From the sequence record DRR723986_3396: a stretch of DNA of 43,332 bases; one strand, given 5' to 3'. The notes beneath the pieces were generated by a model, which was not told the origin of the DNA, ran no database searches, and saw only the letters and a program-made list of their open reading frames with translations. The position numbers and the translations under genes were made by a program. This document shows, one piece after another, positions 20,590 to 29,284 of the stretch (within the stretch, counting starts at the first letter, position 1; each line of letters begins with the position of its first letter).

Positions 20590-21483
20590 CTAGGACGCCA
20601 TTTGTTCATCCCAAACCGTCCTGAGACAGTCGAGAAAATCGCCCGTAGCCTCGTGTGGCGTGTGGTTTTGTGGGCTAAACAGCCCCAGCCCGATTTTCAC
20701 TTCGGGTTTCCAGGGAACAAGCACCGTATTCTCCCTGAATCCGGGCTCCAAAACAGTTGGGTCACTGAAGGTAAATCCAACCCCACCCGCCACAAGCCGG
20801 TGGGCGGCTGCGGTCCCTGACAGCTCGTGAAACACCTCTAGCGTCACCCCGGCATGGGCCAAGGCCCGATCCAACGCCTCGCGCGCCATCAGACCCCGCC
20901 TAACCGCCACATATTTCTCGCCCACCATGTCTTTGGGCGTTAGAAAGGGACGGTCGGCAAGGTGATGCCCCTTGGGCAATAAAACCTGTAGCGACATCTC
21001 TCGCATCTCAATGACTTCAACACCTTTGGCCTGCAGCGGCACCACATAGACCCCCAGATCAAACTTGGCCTGTTGAATACGGCGGCTCAGCTCATGGCGG
21101 GGCTGTACGTCCAAGGCTATTCTGACATCCGGAAAGCGTTCGGCGAACCGGACCATGGCTGGAATGACCAACCCATTTGCGGGCCGCAACTGGCACAAGA
21201 TGCGCAACGGCACGAGGGTGTTGTCACGCAGTTGTTGGAAAAATCCCGGAAAGTCATCAACAGCAGATATGACGCGCTGTGCCTCAGGATAAAACAGATC
21301 CGCCTCAGGCGTTGGCGCAAGGCTCTTCTGATCCCGATAGAACAACTTGGCTCCGATTTCCTCTTCGAGCAATTGAATCAAACGACTGACCGCAGGTTGG
21401 CTGAGGTGCATGGTTCTGGACGCAGCGACAAGCGTGCCTTGGTCCATGATATGAAGAAAAGCGCGAAGGGATTTGAGGTTCAT
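20590..21483 (-). CDS. LysR-family transcriptional regulator
   Basis: HTH GTLVAASRTMHLSQPAVSRLIQLLE; divergent from tctC. Confidence 0.92.
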   Translation of the reverse strand: MNLKSLRAFLHIMDQGTLVAASRTMHLSQPAVSRLIQLLEEEIGAKLFYRDQKSLAPTPEADLFYPEAQRVISAVDDFPGFFQQLRDNTLVPLRILCQLRPANGLVIPAMVRFAERFPDVRIALDVQPRHELSRRIQQAKFDLGVYVVPLQAKGVEVIEMREMSLQVLLPKGHHLADRPFLTPKDMVGEKYVAVRRGLMAREALDRALAHAGVTLEVFHELSGTAAAHRLVAGGVGFTFSDPTVLEPGFRENTVLVPWKPEVKIGLGLFSPQNHTPHEATGDFLDCLRTVWDEQMAS

Positions 21484-21598
21484 ATCGAAAATCCTGAAGA
21501 CGGGTTTCGGTAATTCTATTTTTTTTATGATTTTCTGTCGAGTAGCGTAATCTGAACGTAAGGCATCTGGCCTGCATAAGATCAGTTGGGAGGATACT

Positions 21599-22561
21599 AT
21601 GGACCGCAGAACATTTCTTCAGACCACGGCAATGGCAGGGACTGCTTTGGCATTCGCAACACCGGCCCTCGCCGAGTGGAAACCACGACGCCCGCTGAAC
21701 ATCATCGTGCCCTACAAAGCAGGGGGCGGCACAGATGCCTATGCTCGTGCCATTGCGGCTGCGGCGGCTGATCGCCTGCCCGTCCCCGTTGTTGTGGTGA
21801 ACAAGCCGGGTGCCAGCGGCATGACCGGGGCCATCGCCGCCTCTGCCGCGCGTCCTGACGGCAACACCATTTTGATGCACTCGACTGGATCCTTCCTCTT
21901 GGGACACATGTTGAAAGACACTGATCTAGGCCCATTTGACGGGTTCGATATGATTGCGCAGGTTGGCAACCTCAAAGCCTGTCTTGCGGTTCCTGCCGGT
22001 AGCCCGTTCAAATCCGTGCAGGATCTTGTTGATGCGGCCAAGGCTGCACCGGGCAAACTGCGTTGGGCCCACACAGGCAAAGGCGGCACCTATCACGTGT
22101 CTGGCCAAACCTTCCTGAACAGCGTTGGCGTTGAAGCCGTTGATATCCCGTTCAAAGGCGGGTCCGCTGTGCGCGCCGCAGTTCTGGGCGAACAGGTCGA
22201 TTTCGCCTTTATCGGTGTGCAGCAGGGTCGCGGTTTCGAAGAACAGATGCGCCGGTTGGCGGTTCTGGCCGATGAACGGGATGAACTCGCACCGGATGTA
22301 CCAACCTTTGCCGAACAGGGCTTTGATTTCCCAATCGTGAGCTCTCCGATTGTGTTGTACGCCCCCAAAGGTGTCGACCCCGAGATCATTTCTGGCATCG
22401 AAGGGGCCATGGCGGATATCGTTGCCGCGCCTGAGTTTGCAGAACTGGTGAACGCCAAAGGCACCCTACCCCTGTATCGCACAGCCGCCGAAACCGAAGC
22501 TGCAGTGCGCACAATGCAAGACGCGGTCACACCTGTGATCAACGCGCTCAAGGGCAACTAA
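21599..22561 (+). CDS. tctC: Tripartite tricarboxylate transporter substrate-binding protein (TctC/Bug)
   Basis: Tat-like signal DRRTFL; IVPYKAGGGTD, VNKPGASG, PDG.T, IPFKGG, DVPTF.E.G. Confidence 0.93.
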   Translation: MDRRTFLQTTAMAGTALAFATPALAEWKPRRPLNIIVPYKAGGGTDAYARAIAAAAADRLPVPVVVVNKPGASGMTGAIAASAARPDGNTILMHSTGSFLLGHMLKDTDLGPFDGFDMIAQVGNLKACLAVPAGSPFKSVQDLVDAAKAAPGKLRWAHTGKGGTYHVSGQTFLNSVGVEAVDIPFKGGSAVRAAVLGEQVDFAFIGVQQGRGFEEQMRRLAVLADERDELAPDVPTFAEQGFDFPIVSSPIVLYAPKGVDPEIISGIEGAMADIVAAPEFAELVNAKGTLPLYRTAAETEAAVRTMQDAVTPVINALKGN

Positions 22562-22563
22562 AC

Positions 22564-23043
22564 ATGATGTCAGGGCGCTTCAATTCTTCGGTCTGTGTCG
22601 GCGCAGGTTTGGCGCTGCTCGGCCTGCTTGCGGGCTGGTTCGCGTTTCAGATCCCAGCGGACACCGACGGTGGAATTGGCGCCCGCATCTTTCCCTACTT
22701 GGGCGCGGGTGCTTTGGCCCTGCTGGGCGGGCTTGAACTGCGTAAAGGATTAGCAGGGGCGCATAAATCTGCGGCCCTGACGAACCGTCCCATGCCCATT
22801 CTGGGCCTTTTGGCGATGGCCATTCTGTATGTCTGGCTGATCACCAAACTGGGCTATTTAATCGGCACCGGGCTGATTGCCCCCCTCGCGATGTGGGTGT
22901 TTGGCATGCGCAACCCGCTTGGGCTGTTGATCACGGCCATCCTGTGCCCCGCGATCTATCACTACATATTTTTCGAACTGTTGGGTGTGTTCCCACCCTA
23001 TGGCGAATGGTTCGATTTGCTTGATGTTATTCAAGGGGCCTGA
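22564..23043 (+). CDS. tctB: TTT small membrane subunit TctB
   Basis: Four hydrophobic helices, FP motif, F..LLGV..P; lies between tctC and tctA. Confidence 0.88.
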   Translation: MMSGRFNSSVCVGAGLALLGLLAGWFAFQIPADTDGGIGARIFPYLGAGALALLGGLELRKGLAGAHKSAALTNRPMPILGLLAMAILYVWLITKLGYLIGTGLIAPLAMWVFGMRNPLGLLITAILCPAIYHYIFFELLGVFPPYGEWFDLLDVIQGA

Positions 23044-23046
23044 GAC

Positions 23047-24561
23047 ATGGAAATCTTTGCTGGGCTCACCACAGTCCTGACGTCACCAGCCCTGATGGGC
23101 TGGGTTGTTCTTGCAGCTGTCGTTGGCATGGTTGTCGGCGCAATTCCGGGTTTAACGGCCTCGGCCGCCATCGCTATGTTGTTGCCTGTGACCTTTTATA
23201 TGGACCCGCTGGCAGCGCTGGCGTTTTTGTATGTGATTGGCAAGTCCGGCCGCTATGGCGGATCCATTGCCGCCATTCTGTTCAACACACCGGGCACGGC
23301 GGCCTCGGCCGCGACCCAGCTTGACGGCTACCCCCTATCGCAACGAGGCTTATCCTCTAAGGCGATGAAAGTTGCCACTGTTTCGTCCATTATTGGCGAT
23401 TTCACCGGTGAAATCTTGTTGATCCTCGGCGTCGGCGTCATTGCTGCGATCGCTCTGAAACTGGGCCCGCCCGAACTGTTTGCAGTCTATTTCGCAGCCT
23501 TTGTTGTCATCGGCTCGGTCATCGGGAAATCCGTGATCAAAGGCCTGGCCAGCGCCGCCCTTGGTGTTTTGATCAAGATGATCGGCACTGACCCGATTTC
23601 CGCGTCAGAACGCTACACCTTCGGCAGCTTTGAGCTGTTGAACGGGATCGGTCTGGTGCCTTTGATGATCGGCATGTTTGTCTTGGCCGAAGTTTTTTCC
23701 CAGCTCGAAACCCGTGGGGCCAAGGTCGAACAATATGACGACCCGAACACAGACGAAGCCAAAGCCCGCAATCGCCTGACGTGGGAGGAATACAAACCCT
23801 GTATGCCCCATGTTATCCGCTCGTCCTTCATCGGAGCCTTTATCGGTATGCTGCCAGGTCTCGGATCCGCGATTGCTGCCTTTGTGGCCTATGGCGAAGG
23901 CAAACGGCGGGCAAAAAACCCCGAGGAATGGGGCAAAGGCGCGCTGGAAGGCATCGCCGCCCCCGAAGCCGCCAACAACGCCGTATCGGGCCCCTCCATG
24001 GCGCCGCTGCTAACGCTCGGCATTCCGGGATCAACCATCGGGGCCATCTTGGTTGGTGTTTTTCTGATCCATGGCATTCAGATTGGGCCAACCCTGTTTC
24101 TAACCTCGTCCGAGCTGATCTACAGCCTGTTTGCTGCCGGTCTGGTTGGGATCGCCGCCTATGGTCTGATCGGTTTCTATGGCGCCGCTTTTGTGGGACG
24201 GTTCATTGTCAAAATTCCGACCGATATTCTGTATCCGTTGATTTTCCTGACCTCCTTTATCGCGGCCTATTCCGCTCGCGGCAGCTTGTTTGATGTCTGG
24301 ATCATGATCGCTGCTGGTGTGCTGGGCTGGCTGATGAAGAAGCTGGAGTTCAACCCAGCCGCATTTGTCATCGCTTTTGTTCTCGCCGGAGGCGCCGAGG
24401 AAACGTTTAGGCAGTCTCTCTTGTTGTCAGACAATGGGCTGCTGATCTTTGTCACACGTCCGGTCGCCCTTGGGTTCTTGTTGCTTGGGGTTATTACCGT
24501 TGCACTGCGGGCCCGTGCACTGAGCAAAGAAGCACGCGCCATCGCGCTGGAAGATGCTTGA
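23047..24561 (+). CDS. tctA: TTT large membrane subunit TctA
   Basis: GAIPGL, YGGSI.AILFNTPG, DGYPL, APEAANNA, TLGIPGS. Confidence 0.95.
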   Translation: MEIFAGLTTVLTSPALMGWVVLAAVVGMVVGAIPGLTASAAIAMLLPVTFYMDPLAALAFLYVIGKSGRYGGSIAAILFNTPGTAASAATQLDGYPLSQRGLSSKAMKVATVSSIIGDFTGEILLILGVGVIAAIALKLGPPELFAVYFAAFVVIGSVIGKSVIKGLASAALGVLIKMIGTDPISASERYTFGSFELLNGIGLVPLMIGMFVLAEVFSQLETRGAKVEQYDDPNTDEAKARNRLTWEEYKPCMPHVIRSSFIGAFIGMLPGLGSAIAAFVAYGEGKRRAKNPEEWGKGALEGIAAPEAANNAVSGPSMAPLLTLGIPGSTIGAILVGVFLIHGIQIGPTLFLTSSELIYSLFAAGLVGIAAYGLIGFYGAAFVGRFIVKIPTDILYPLIFLTSFIAAYSARGSLFDVWIMIAAGVLGWLMKKLEFNPAAFVIAFVLAGGAEETFRQSLLLSDNGLLIFVTRPVALGFLLLGVITVALRARALSKEARAIALEDA

Positions 24562-24582
24562 TCCCATAGCTGCGGATACAGA

Positions 24583-24620
24583 TTGATTTACACATCTATG
24601 CGCATATATAGTGCGCATAG
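24583..24620 (+). promoter_or_regulatory. ccdAB promoter with palindromic operator
   Basis: Dyad CTATGCGCA-N7-TGCGCATAG (24596-24620) overlapping a possible TTGATT-N18-TATAGT promoter. Confidence 0.6.
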
Positions 24621-24635
24621 ACGAAAGGTATTCTG

Positions 24636-24872
24636 ATGCAGGCCCAACCCCGTTCCAAAAAGCCAACCAACCTCTCCTTGGACCAAAACCTTTTGTCCGA
24701 GGCCAGATCGTTTGGCGTAAACCTATCCCAAGCCGCCGAAGCCGGAGTGCGCCGCGCTGTGACGGACGCAAAAGCCGCCGCATGGAAACGCGACAATGCT
24801 GCGGCGCTTAAGGCTTCGAACCGGTGGGTCGACCAGCATGGTCTACCTTTGGCCAAACACCGGCTCTTTTGA
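24636..24872 (+). CDS. ccdA: CcdA-family antitoxin
   Basis: KKPTNLSLD..LL.EAR..GVNLS.AAE, W..DN..A....N.WV...GLPL...R.F. Confidence 0.9.
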   Translation: MQAQPRSKKPTNLSLDQNLLSEARSFGVNLSQAAEAGVRRAVTDAKAAAWKRDNAAALKASNRWVDQHGLPLAKHRLF

Positions 24873-25171
24873 TGGCGCGCTATGATGTCCACCCTAATCC
24901 AGACAGTCCTGGGTATCTTTTAGATGTCCAAGCGGATCTTTTGGATGATCTGAACACACGCGTTGTGGTCCCGCTGATGCCAGCCACACAGGCCCCTGCC
25001 CCAGCCAAACGTCTGAATCCTGTGTTTGATATCGGATCAGAGCCGCATGTCATGGTCACACAGTTTCTATCTGCTGTGCCCTGCGCGATCCTTTCGCCTG
25101 CTGTGACCAATCTGACCCAACACGACACAAGCATCACCAGCGCGCTTGATATCCTACTGACCGGCGTTTGA
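24872..25171 (+). CDS. ccdB: CcdB-family toxin
   Basis: TGATG overlap with ccdA; YDV..NP, YLLDVQADLL..L.TRVVVPL, RLNPVF, I..ALD.L..G. Confidence 0.9.
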   Translation: MARYDVHPNPDSPGYLLDVQADLLDDLNTRVVVPLMPATQAPAPAKRLNPVFDIGSEPHVMVTQFLSAVPCAILSPAVTNLTQHDTSITSALDILLTGV

Positions 25172-26014
25172 ACGAGCCAACGGCTCTGGGCTCAGGTCAA
25201 CTGACGCCAACCACGGAAACTTTTCCTCTCGGTCTTTGCGCCACGACAAATAGCTCCGTTGACGAAAACTGGCAGCCCCTTCGACCCGAAACAGGATCCC
25301 TTGGGCGATTGGGTCCAACACCATGCTTTCGGGCAAATAGGCTGATCCACCATGGCGCATCAAATGCGCAAACGCCCAATCCGGGTTGCTAAAGGCGATA
25401 GCCGCCGTTTCCCCACTTGGCCATTGCTCTGCATGCTGGGATCGAAACCCCGGACCATAGTCCACATAGACATAATCCGGGTGCCACTGCACAGCAGTAC
25501 GTGGTTTGGTCGACACTTGGATCAATCGACCCACCGAGCACTCCCGATTGACAATATCCGCAGCCGACAGAGGCGCCCCCAACAGCGCCGCGTCGCTCTT
25601 TCCGCTTTGGAGCCACGATAACGCCTCTGCCCCCTGCCCTGCCCAGATTTCAACCGCAATCTCTGGATGATGCGCCCGAACGCGCGCGACCCACTCGCTG
25701 CCCATCGCAGTCCAACGCCCCGGATCACACACCAGACTGAACAACCGCGTCACCCCTTGGGGCAAACTGATGCGGGCCTGTGCATTTTGCCAACTGCGCA
25801 CGATCACCTCGGCCTGTTCCAGAAACGCATACCCCTCTTTGGTCAGCGACGCCCCCTTGCGAGACCGAACAAGCAACCGCGCGCCAAGCGCCTGCTCCAA
25901 TGCATCCAGCCGCGCCGACACAGCCGACTGCGTAATATGCAACTCTTCTGCGGCCCGGTTCAGGTTTCGCGTACGCACAACGCTTAGAAAGGTCTGGATA
26001 GCGGTGATTTTCAT
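25154..26014 (-). CDS. LysR-family transcriptional regulator
   Basis: HTH NLNRAAEELHITQSAVSARLDALE; start taken at MKITAIQTF. Confidence 0.9.
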   Translation of the reverse strand: MKITAIQTFLSVVRTRNLNRAAEELHITQSAVSARLDALEQALGARLLVRSRKGASLTKEGYAFLEQAEVIVRSWQNAQARISLPQGVTRLFSLVCDPGRWTAMGSEWVARVRAHHPEIAVEIWAGQGAEALSWLQSGKSDAALLGAPLSAADIVNRECSVGRLIQVSTKPRTAVQWHPDYVYVDYGPGFRSQHAEQWPSGETAAIAFSNPDWAFAHLMRHGGSAYLPESMVLDPIAQGILFRVEGAASFRQRSYLSWRKDREEKFPWLASVDLSPEPLARSNAGQ

Positions 26015-26030
26015 AAGCAGATAATGCAAT

Positions 26031-26075
26031 TTTCTTGACTTATAAGATAGAATAAATTCGCTTTCTTGACTTATA
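26031..26075. promoter_or_regulatory. 14-bp direct repeat in the divergent lysR/LLM promoter
   Basis: TTTCTTGACTTATA at 26031-26044 and 26062-26075, 31 bp apart. Confidence 0.6.
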
Positions 26076-26118
26076 TTTCCCTGCCACCCTGCCCCGGTCA
26101 CATCAAGGGGAACAGAAT

Positions 26119-27162
26119 ATGGAATTCAGCATTCAGCTTTCGGCGGATTACCCGGACAAATCTTATGGCGGGGACCGGGTCTATGCGGACATGCTTGATC
26201 AGGCCATTCTGGCAGATCGTTTGGGGTTTGACGCGGTGTCGATCACTGAACACCACCTGATCAATTGCCTGATGATGCCCGCACCGCTGCAATTTGCGGT
26301 CAAAATTGCCGCCCACACCAAGCGCGTGAAAATCATGACCTCGATCGTTGTGCTGCCGCTGCACGACATGCGCACCTATGCCGGGGAACTGGTGGTCGCC
26401 GACATCTTTACCGAGGGGCGGCTGATGTTGGGCGTCGGGCGCGGTGCCTTCAAATATGAACTTGAACGGCTCGGCGTCCCGATGGAACAAACCCAAGCCC
26501 GGTTCAATGAATCACTCGCCGTTCTGCAGGCCCTGCTGAGCGAGGAAGAGGTCAGCTGGGACGGTGAGTACTACAAATTCGATCCGATCACCGTGATGCC
26601 CCGCCCCGTGCGCCCCGGTGGACCGCAGATGATGATGGCGGTGCTCAACCCCGAAGGCATCTACCAATGCACCAAACGCGGGTTTCACATCCAGACGACG
26701 CCACTGGCCGGCAACCACCAGCTGCTGCTGGATCAGGTCGACGGGTTTAACCGCGCCAAAGATGAGATGGGCACCGCAGGTCAGGATCTGACCCTGTCCC
26801 TGTCACGCGCGGGTTTCGTGACTAAGAGCGAGGCCAGCCGCCAGCAGAAGATCGAGACCGCGCATCGCTATTTCAGCCGGTTTGACAACGTCTTTACCGG
26901 ACCCGGTATTGTGGACAACGGAATGGTTCGCGAACTGCCCCGCACCCAATCAATCGAAGAGTTGGCTGACATCTTGCTGATTGGCACCCCACAAGAGGTG
27001 ATCGACAAATTGGCACCCTATGCCGAGCTCGGCATCGACCGGGTCATTCTAAATCCAAACTTTGGCTGTGATGCACAGGAAACGCTCGATTCGATCCAAT
27101 GCTTCGCAGAAGAGGTCATGCCTCACTTTACCGGTCGCCCGGCCACACAAGCTGCGGAATGA
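26119..27162 (+). CDS. Luciferase-like (LLM) flavin-dependent monooxygenase
   Basis: AD.LGF......EHH, GRL.LGVGRG, G.YY.F....V.PRP, IGTP.EVI.KL, FAEEVMP.F. Confidence 0.9.
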   Translation: MEFSIQLSADYPDKSYGGDRVYADMLDQAILADRLGFDAVSITEHHLINCLMMPAPLQFAVKIAAHTKRVKIMTSIVVLPLHDMRTYAGELVVADIFTEGRLMLGVGRGAFKYELERLGVPMEQTQARFNESLAVLQALLSEEEVSWDGEYYKFDPITVMPRPVRPGGPQMMMAVLNPEGIYQCTKRGFHIQTTPLAGNHQLLLDQVDGFNRAKDEMGTAGQDLTLSLSRAGFVTKSEASRQQKIETAHRYFSRFDNVFTGPGIVDNGMVRELPRTQSIEELADILLIGTPQEVIDKLAPYAELGIDRVILNPNFGCDAQETLDSIQCFAEEVMPHFTGRPATQAAE

Positions 27163-27196
27163 TCCGTTACAACCACCCCCTCAACAGGAGAGCCCC

Positions 27197-27391
27197 ATGC
27201 CTATCATCCGAGTCGAAATGTTCACCGGCCGCACCAAAGACCAAAAACGCGCGCTGATCAAAGACCTGACCGAAGCCTTTATCAGGTCCGCCGGAGGCAC
27301 CCCCGAAAGCGTGCAAATCGTCCTGACAGACGTCGACAAAGACAACTGGGGGTCGGACAGTCAGCTCTGTTCCGATGAATTCCCAGATTAA
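27197..27391 (+). CDS. 4-oxalocrotonate tautomerase-family protein
   Basis: AGGAG RBS; Pro-1 after Met; GRT.DQKR.L; 64 aa. Confidence 0.92.
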   Translation: MPIIRVEMFTGRTKDQKRALIKDLTEAFIRSAGGTPESVQIVLTDVDKDNWGSDSQLCSDEFPD

Positions 27392-27407
27392 AAAAGGCGA
27401 TCCACAC

Positions 27408-28190
27408 ATGACCACAGCAATTGACTGCGCCTATACGGTTCAAGGAAACGGCCCACCGCTGTTCCTGATCCATGGCATTGGCGCCGCGCGCAACACCTGG
27501 ACCAAGGCCCTGCCCGTCCTGACCAAACATTTCACCGTCGTCGCGTATGACCTGCGCGGCCACGGCGCATCGCCGCTGTCAACGTCAGAGTTCGGATTGG
27601 ATGAGCTGGTTGTAGATCTGGAGCGCGTCCGCGAACAGACCGGTTTCGAAGCAGCCCATTTCGCAGGTCATTCCCTTGGCGGAATGATTGGCCCGGCCTA
27701 TGCGCTGAAATATCCCGACCGCGTTCTGTCCCTTGGACTGCTCTCAACCGCTGCGTTTCGAACGGCCGACGACAGCGCCAAGGTTTGGAACATCGTGCGT
27801 GCGATGGAAGAAAACGGTATCCCAAAGGTGCTTGAAACCCTGACCGCGCGCTGGTTCACAGATGACTTTATTGCCAGCCATCCTGATGTGGTGTCCGGAC
27901 GGCTCAAGCAAGTAATCGACACCAATCCTGATGTCTTTCTAAACGTGTTTCGGATCTATGCAGGCACCGAAATGGCGCCTTGGCTAGACCAAGTCAGCGC
28001 GCCCTCGCTGGTGCTGACTGGCGAAAACGATGGCGGATGCAATCCCCGCCTGAACACGCTGATTGATAAGGCTCTGCCCAACTCAGAGATGGTGATTTTG
28101 CCCGATCTCAAACACTCGATCCTGTTAGAGGCAGGGGACTGTGTTGCCGAACATATCGTCCAGTTCATTGCAGGATTAGATCAAAGGTGA
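27408..28190 (+). CDS. Alpha/beta hydrolase (PcaD/enol-lactone hydrolase-like)
   Basis: LIHGIG, YDLRGHG.S, GHSLGG nucleophile elbow, RWFT, GEND, KHS. Confidence 0.88.
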   Translation: MTTAIDCAYTVQGNGPPLFLIHGIGAARNTWTKALPVLTKHFTVVAYDLRGHGASPLSTSEFGLDELVVDLERVREQTGFEAAHFAGHSLGGMIGPAYALKYPDRVLSLGLLSTAAFRTADDSAKVWNIVRAMEENGIPKVLETLTARWFTDDFIASHPDVVSGRLKQVIDTNPDVFLNVFRIYAGTEMAPWLDQVSAPSLVLTGENDGGCNPRLNTLIDKALPNSEMVILPDLKHSILLEAGDCVAEHIVQFIAGLDQR

Positions 28191-28220
28191 CAGCCTTAGC
28201 ATACTGATTAAGGGAGGTTT

Positions 28221-28313
28221 TCTCAGAAATTGCCAATTGGCAACTTTCTGAGAGGGCGGAGCTGAGAGAGATCGCAAGCAGCCAGATTTCCACAAATTGC
28301 CAATTGGCAATTT
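28221..28313. promoter_or_regulatory. Two palindromic candidate parS sites
   Basis: TTGCCAATTGGCAA at 28230-28243 and 28297-28310, each within a longer palindrome, directly downstream of parB. Confidence 0.7.
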
Positions 28314-29284
28314 TATGATTTATGCCCGAAATGGTCGCGCATAAATATCGCCAAAGCGGCCTGTACCTGGTCTTTGGAGGCGTTGTCTGAAAATTCCAAA
28401 ACAACTTTGCGACCCTTACGGCTGCAGACAACGGCGGGTTCGCCAGTTGCCGGGCGATAGGTGACCGGCTTTGGCTTTGCAGGGGCTTCGGGTCTCATGA
28501 TTGCTTTAAATCGGGCCATCACTTCGACTGCGTCACGCAACACACCATCCGATGCCATACGCCGGGCTTCGGCCAACAGAACATCCCGCTCTTCCGGTCG
28601 TCCTAAATGCGGTTTCAATGTGCGGGCGTGCAATTCGCGAATGTCCCTAATTGATGGAAAGGCGGCAATGATGTCATCCGGCAATTTCGCCAACTGCAGA
28701 TAGCGCGACAACCACGCTTCGCTGACTTCCAACCGGGCGGCCATCGTTTTCTGTTTGCCACCGTAATACAGGGCCACCGCCTCGGCGTAGTCGCGGGCCC
28801 GTTCAAAATCCGAGATATCCTCGCGGTCCCGGTTTTCAATATCAGCCAGACGAAAGGCCTCTTCATCCGACAGTTCCCGCACATCAACCAAATAGCGGAA
28901 CTGCGGATAATTGTTGGCCCGCAACCAGCTGACAGCGAAATGACGACGTGCACCGCAGATCACCTCGTAGGGCTGATCTGCATCATCAGTCTTGCGCACG
29001 ATTGCCGGGAATTCCTGACGCCCCTGACTGCGAATACCGTCAATCAGATCCCGGCAATTGTCTTCGGTCAGCAGATCATAGGCGCGGTTGTGGCGGTCCC
29101 ACATTCGGCAATTCTCTGGGTCGATCCAGCGCAGTGATTTTTCTTCGATGTCACCCGACAACCGTTCCGCCACGCGTGTTGATCTGTTTAAAAACCGAGC
29201 ACCGCCGCGATCAGCTTTGGCCGGGGTGGATTTATCCAGACCGCTCAGAACATCGTCAAAAATCGCATCGTGCTTCTTGCTCAT
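28313..29284 (-). CDS. parB: ParB/RepB/Spo0J partition protein
   Basis: L...I...G.QE.PAIVR, YEVICGARRH CTPase motif, EN..R.D.S..E, HTH MAARLEVSEAWLSRYL. Confidence 0.93.
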   Translation of the reverse strand: MSKKHDAIFDDVLSGLDKSTPAKADRGGARFLNRSTRVAERLSGDIEEKSLRWIDPENCRMWDRHNRAYDLLTEDNCRDLIDGIRSQGRQEFPAIVRKTDDADQPYEVICGARRHFAVSWLRANNYPQFRYLVDVRELSDEEAFRLADIENRDREDISDFERARDYAEAVALYYGGKQKTMAARLEVSEAWLSRYLQLAKLPDDIIAAFPSIRDIRELHARTLKPHLGRPEERDVLLAEARRMASDGVLRDAVEVMARFKAIMRPEAPAKPKPVTYRPATGEPAVVCSRKGRKVVLEFSDNASKDQVQAALAIFMRDHFGHKS

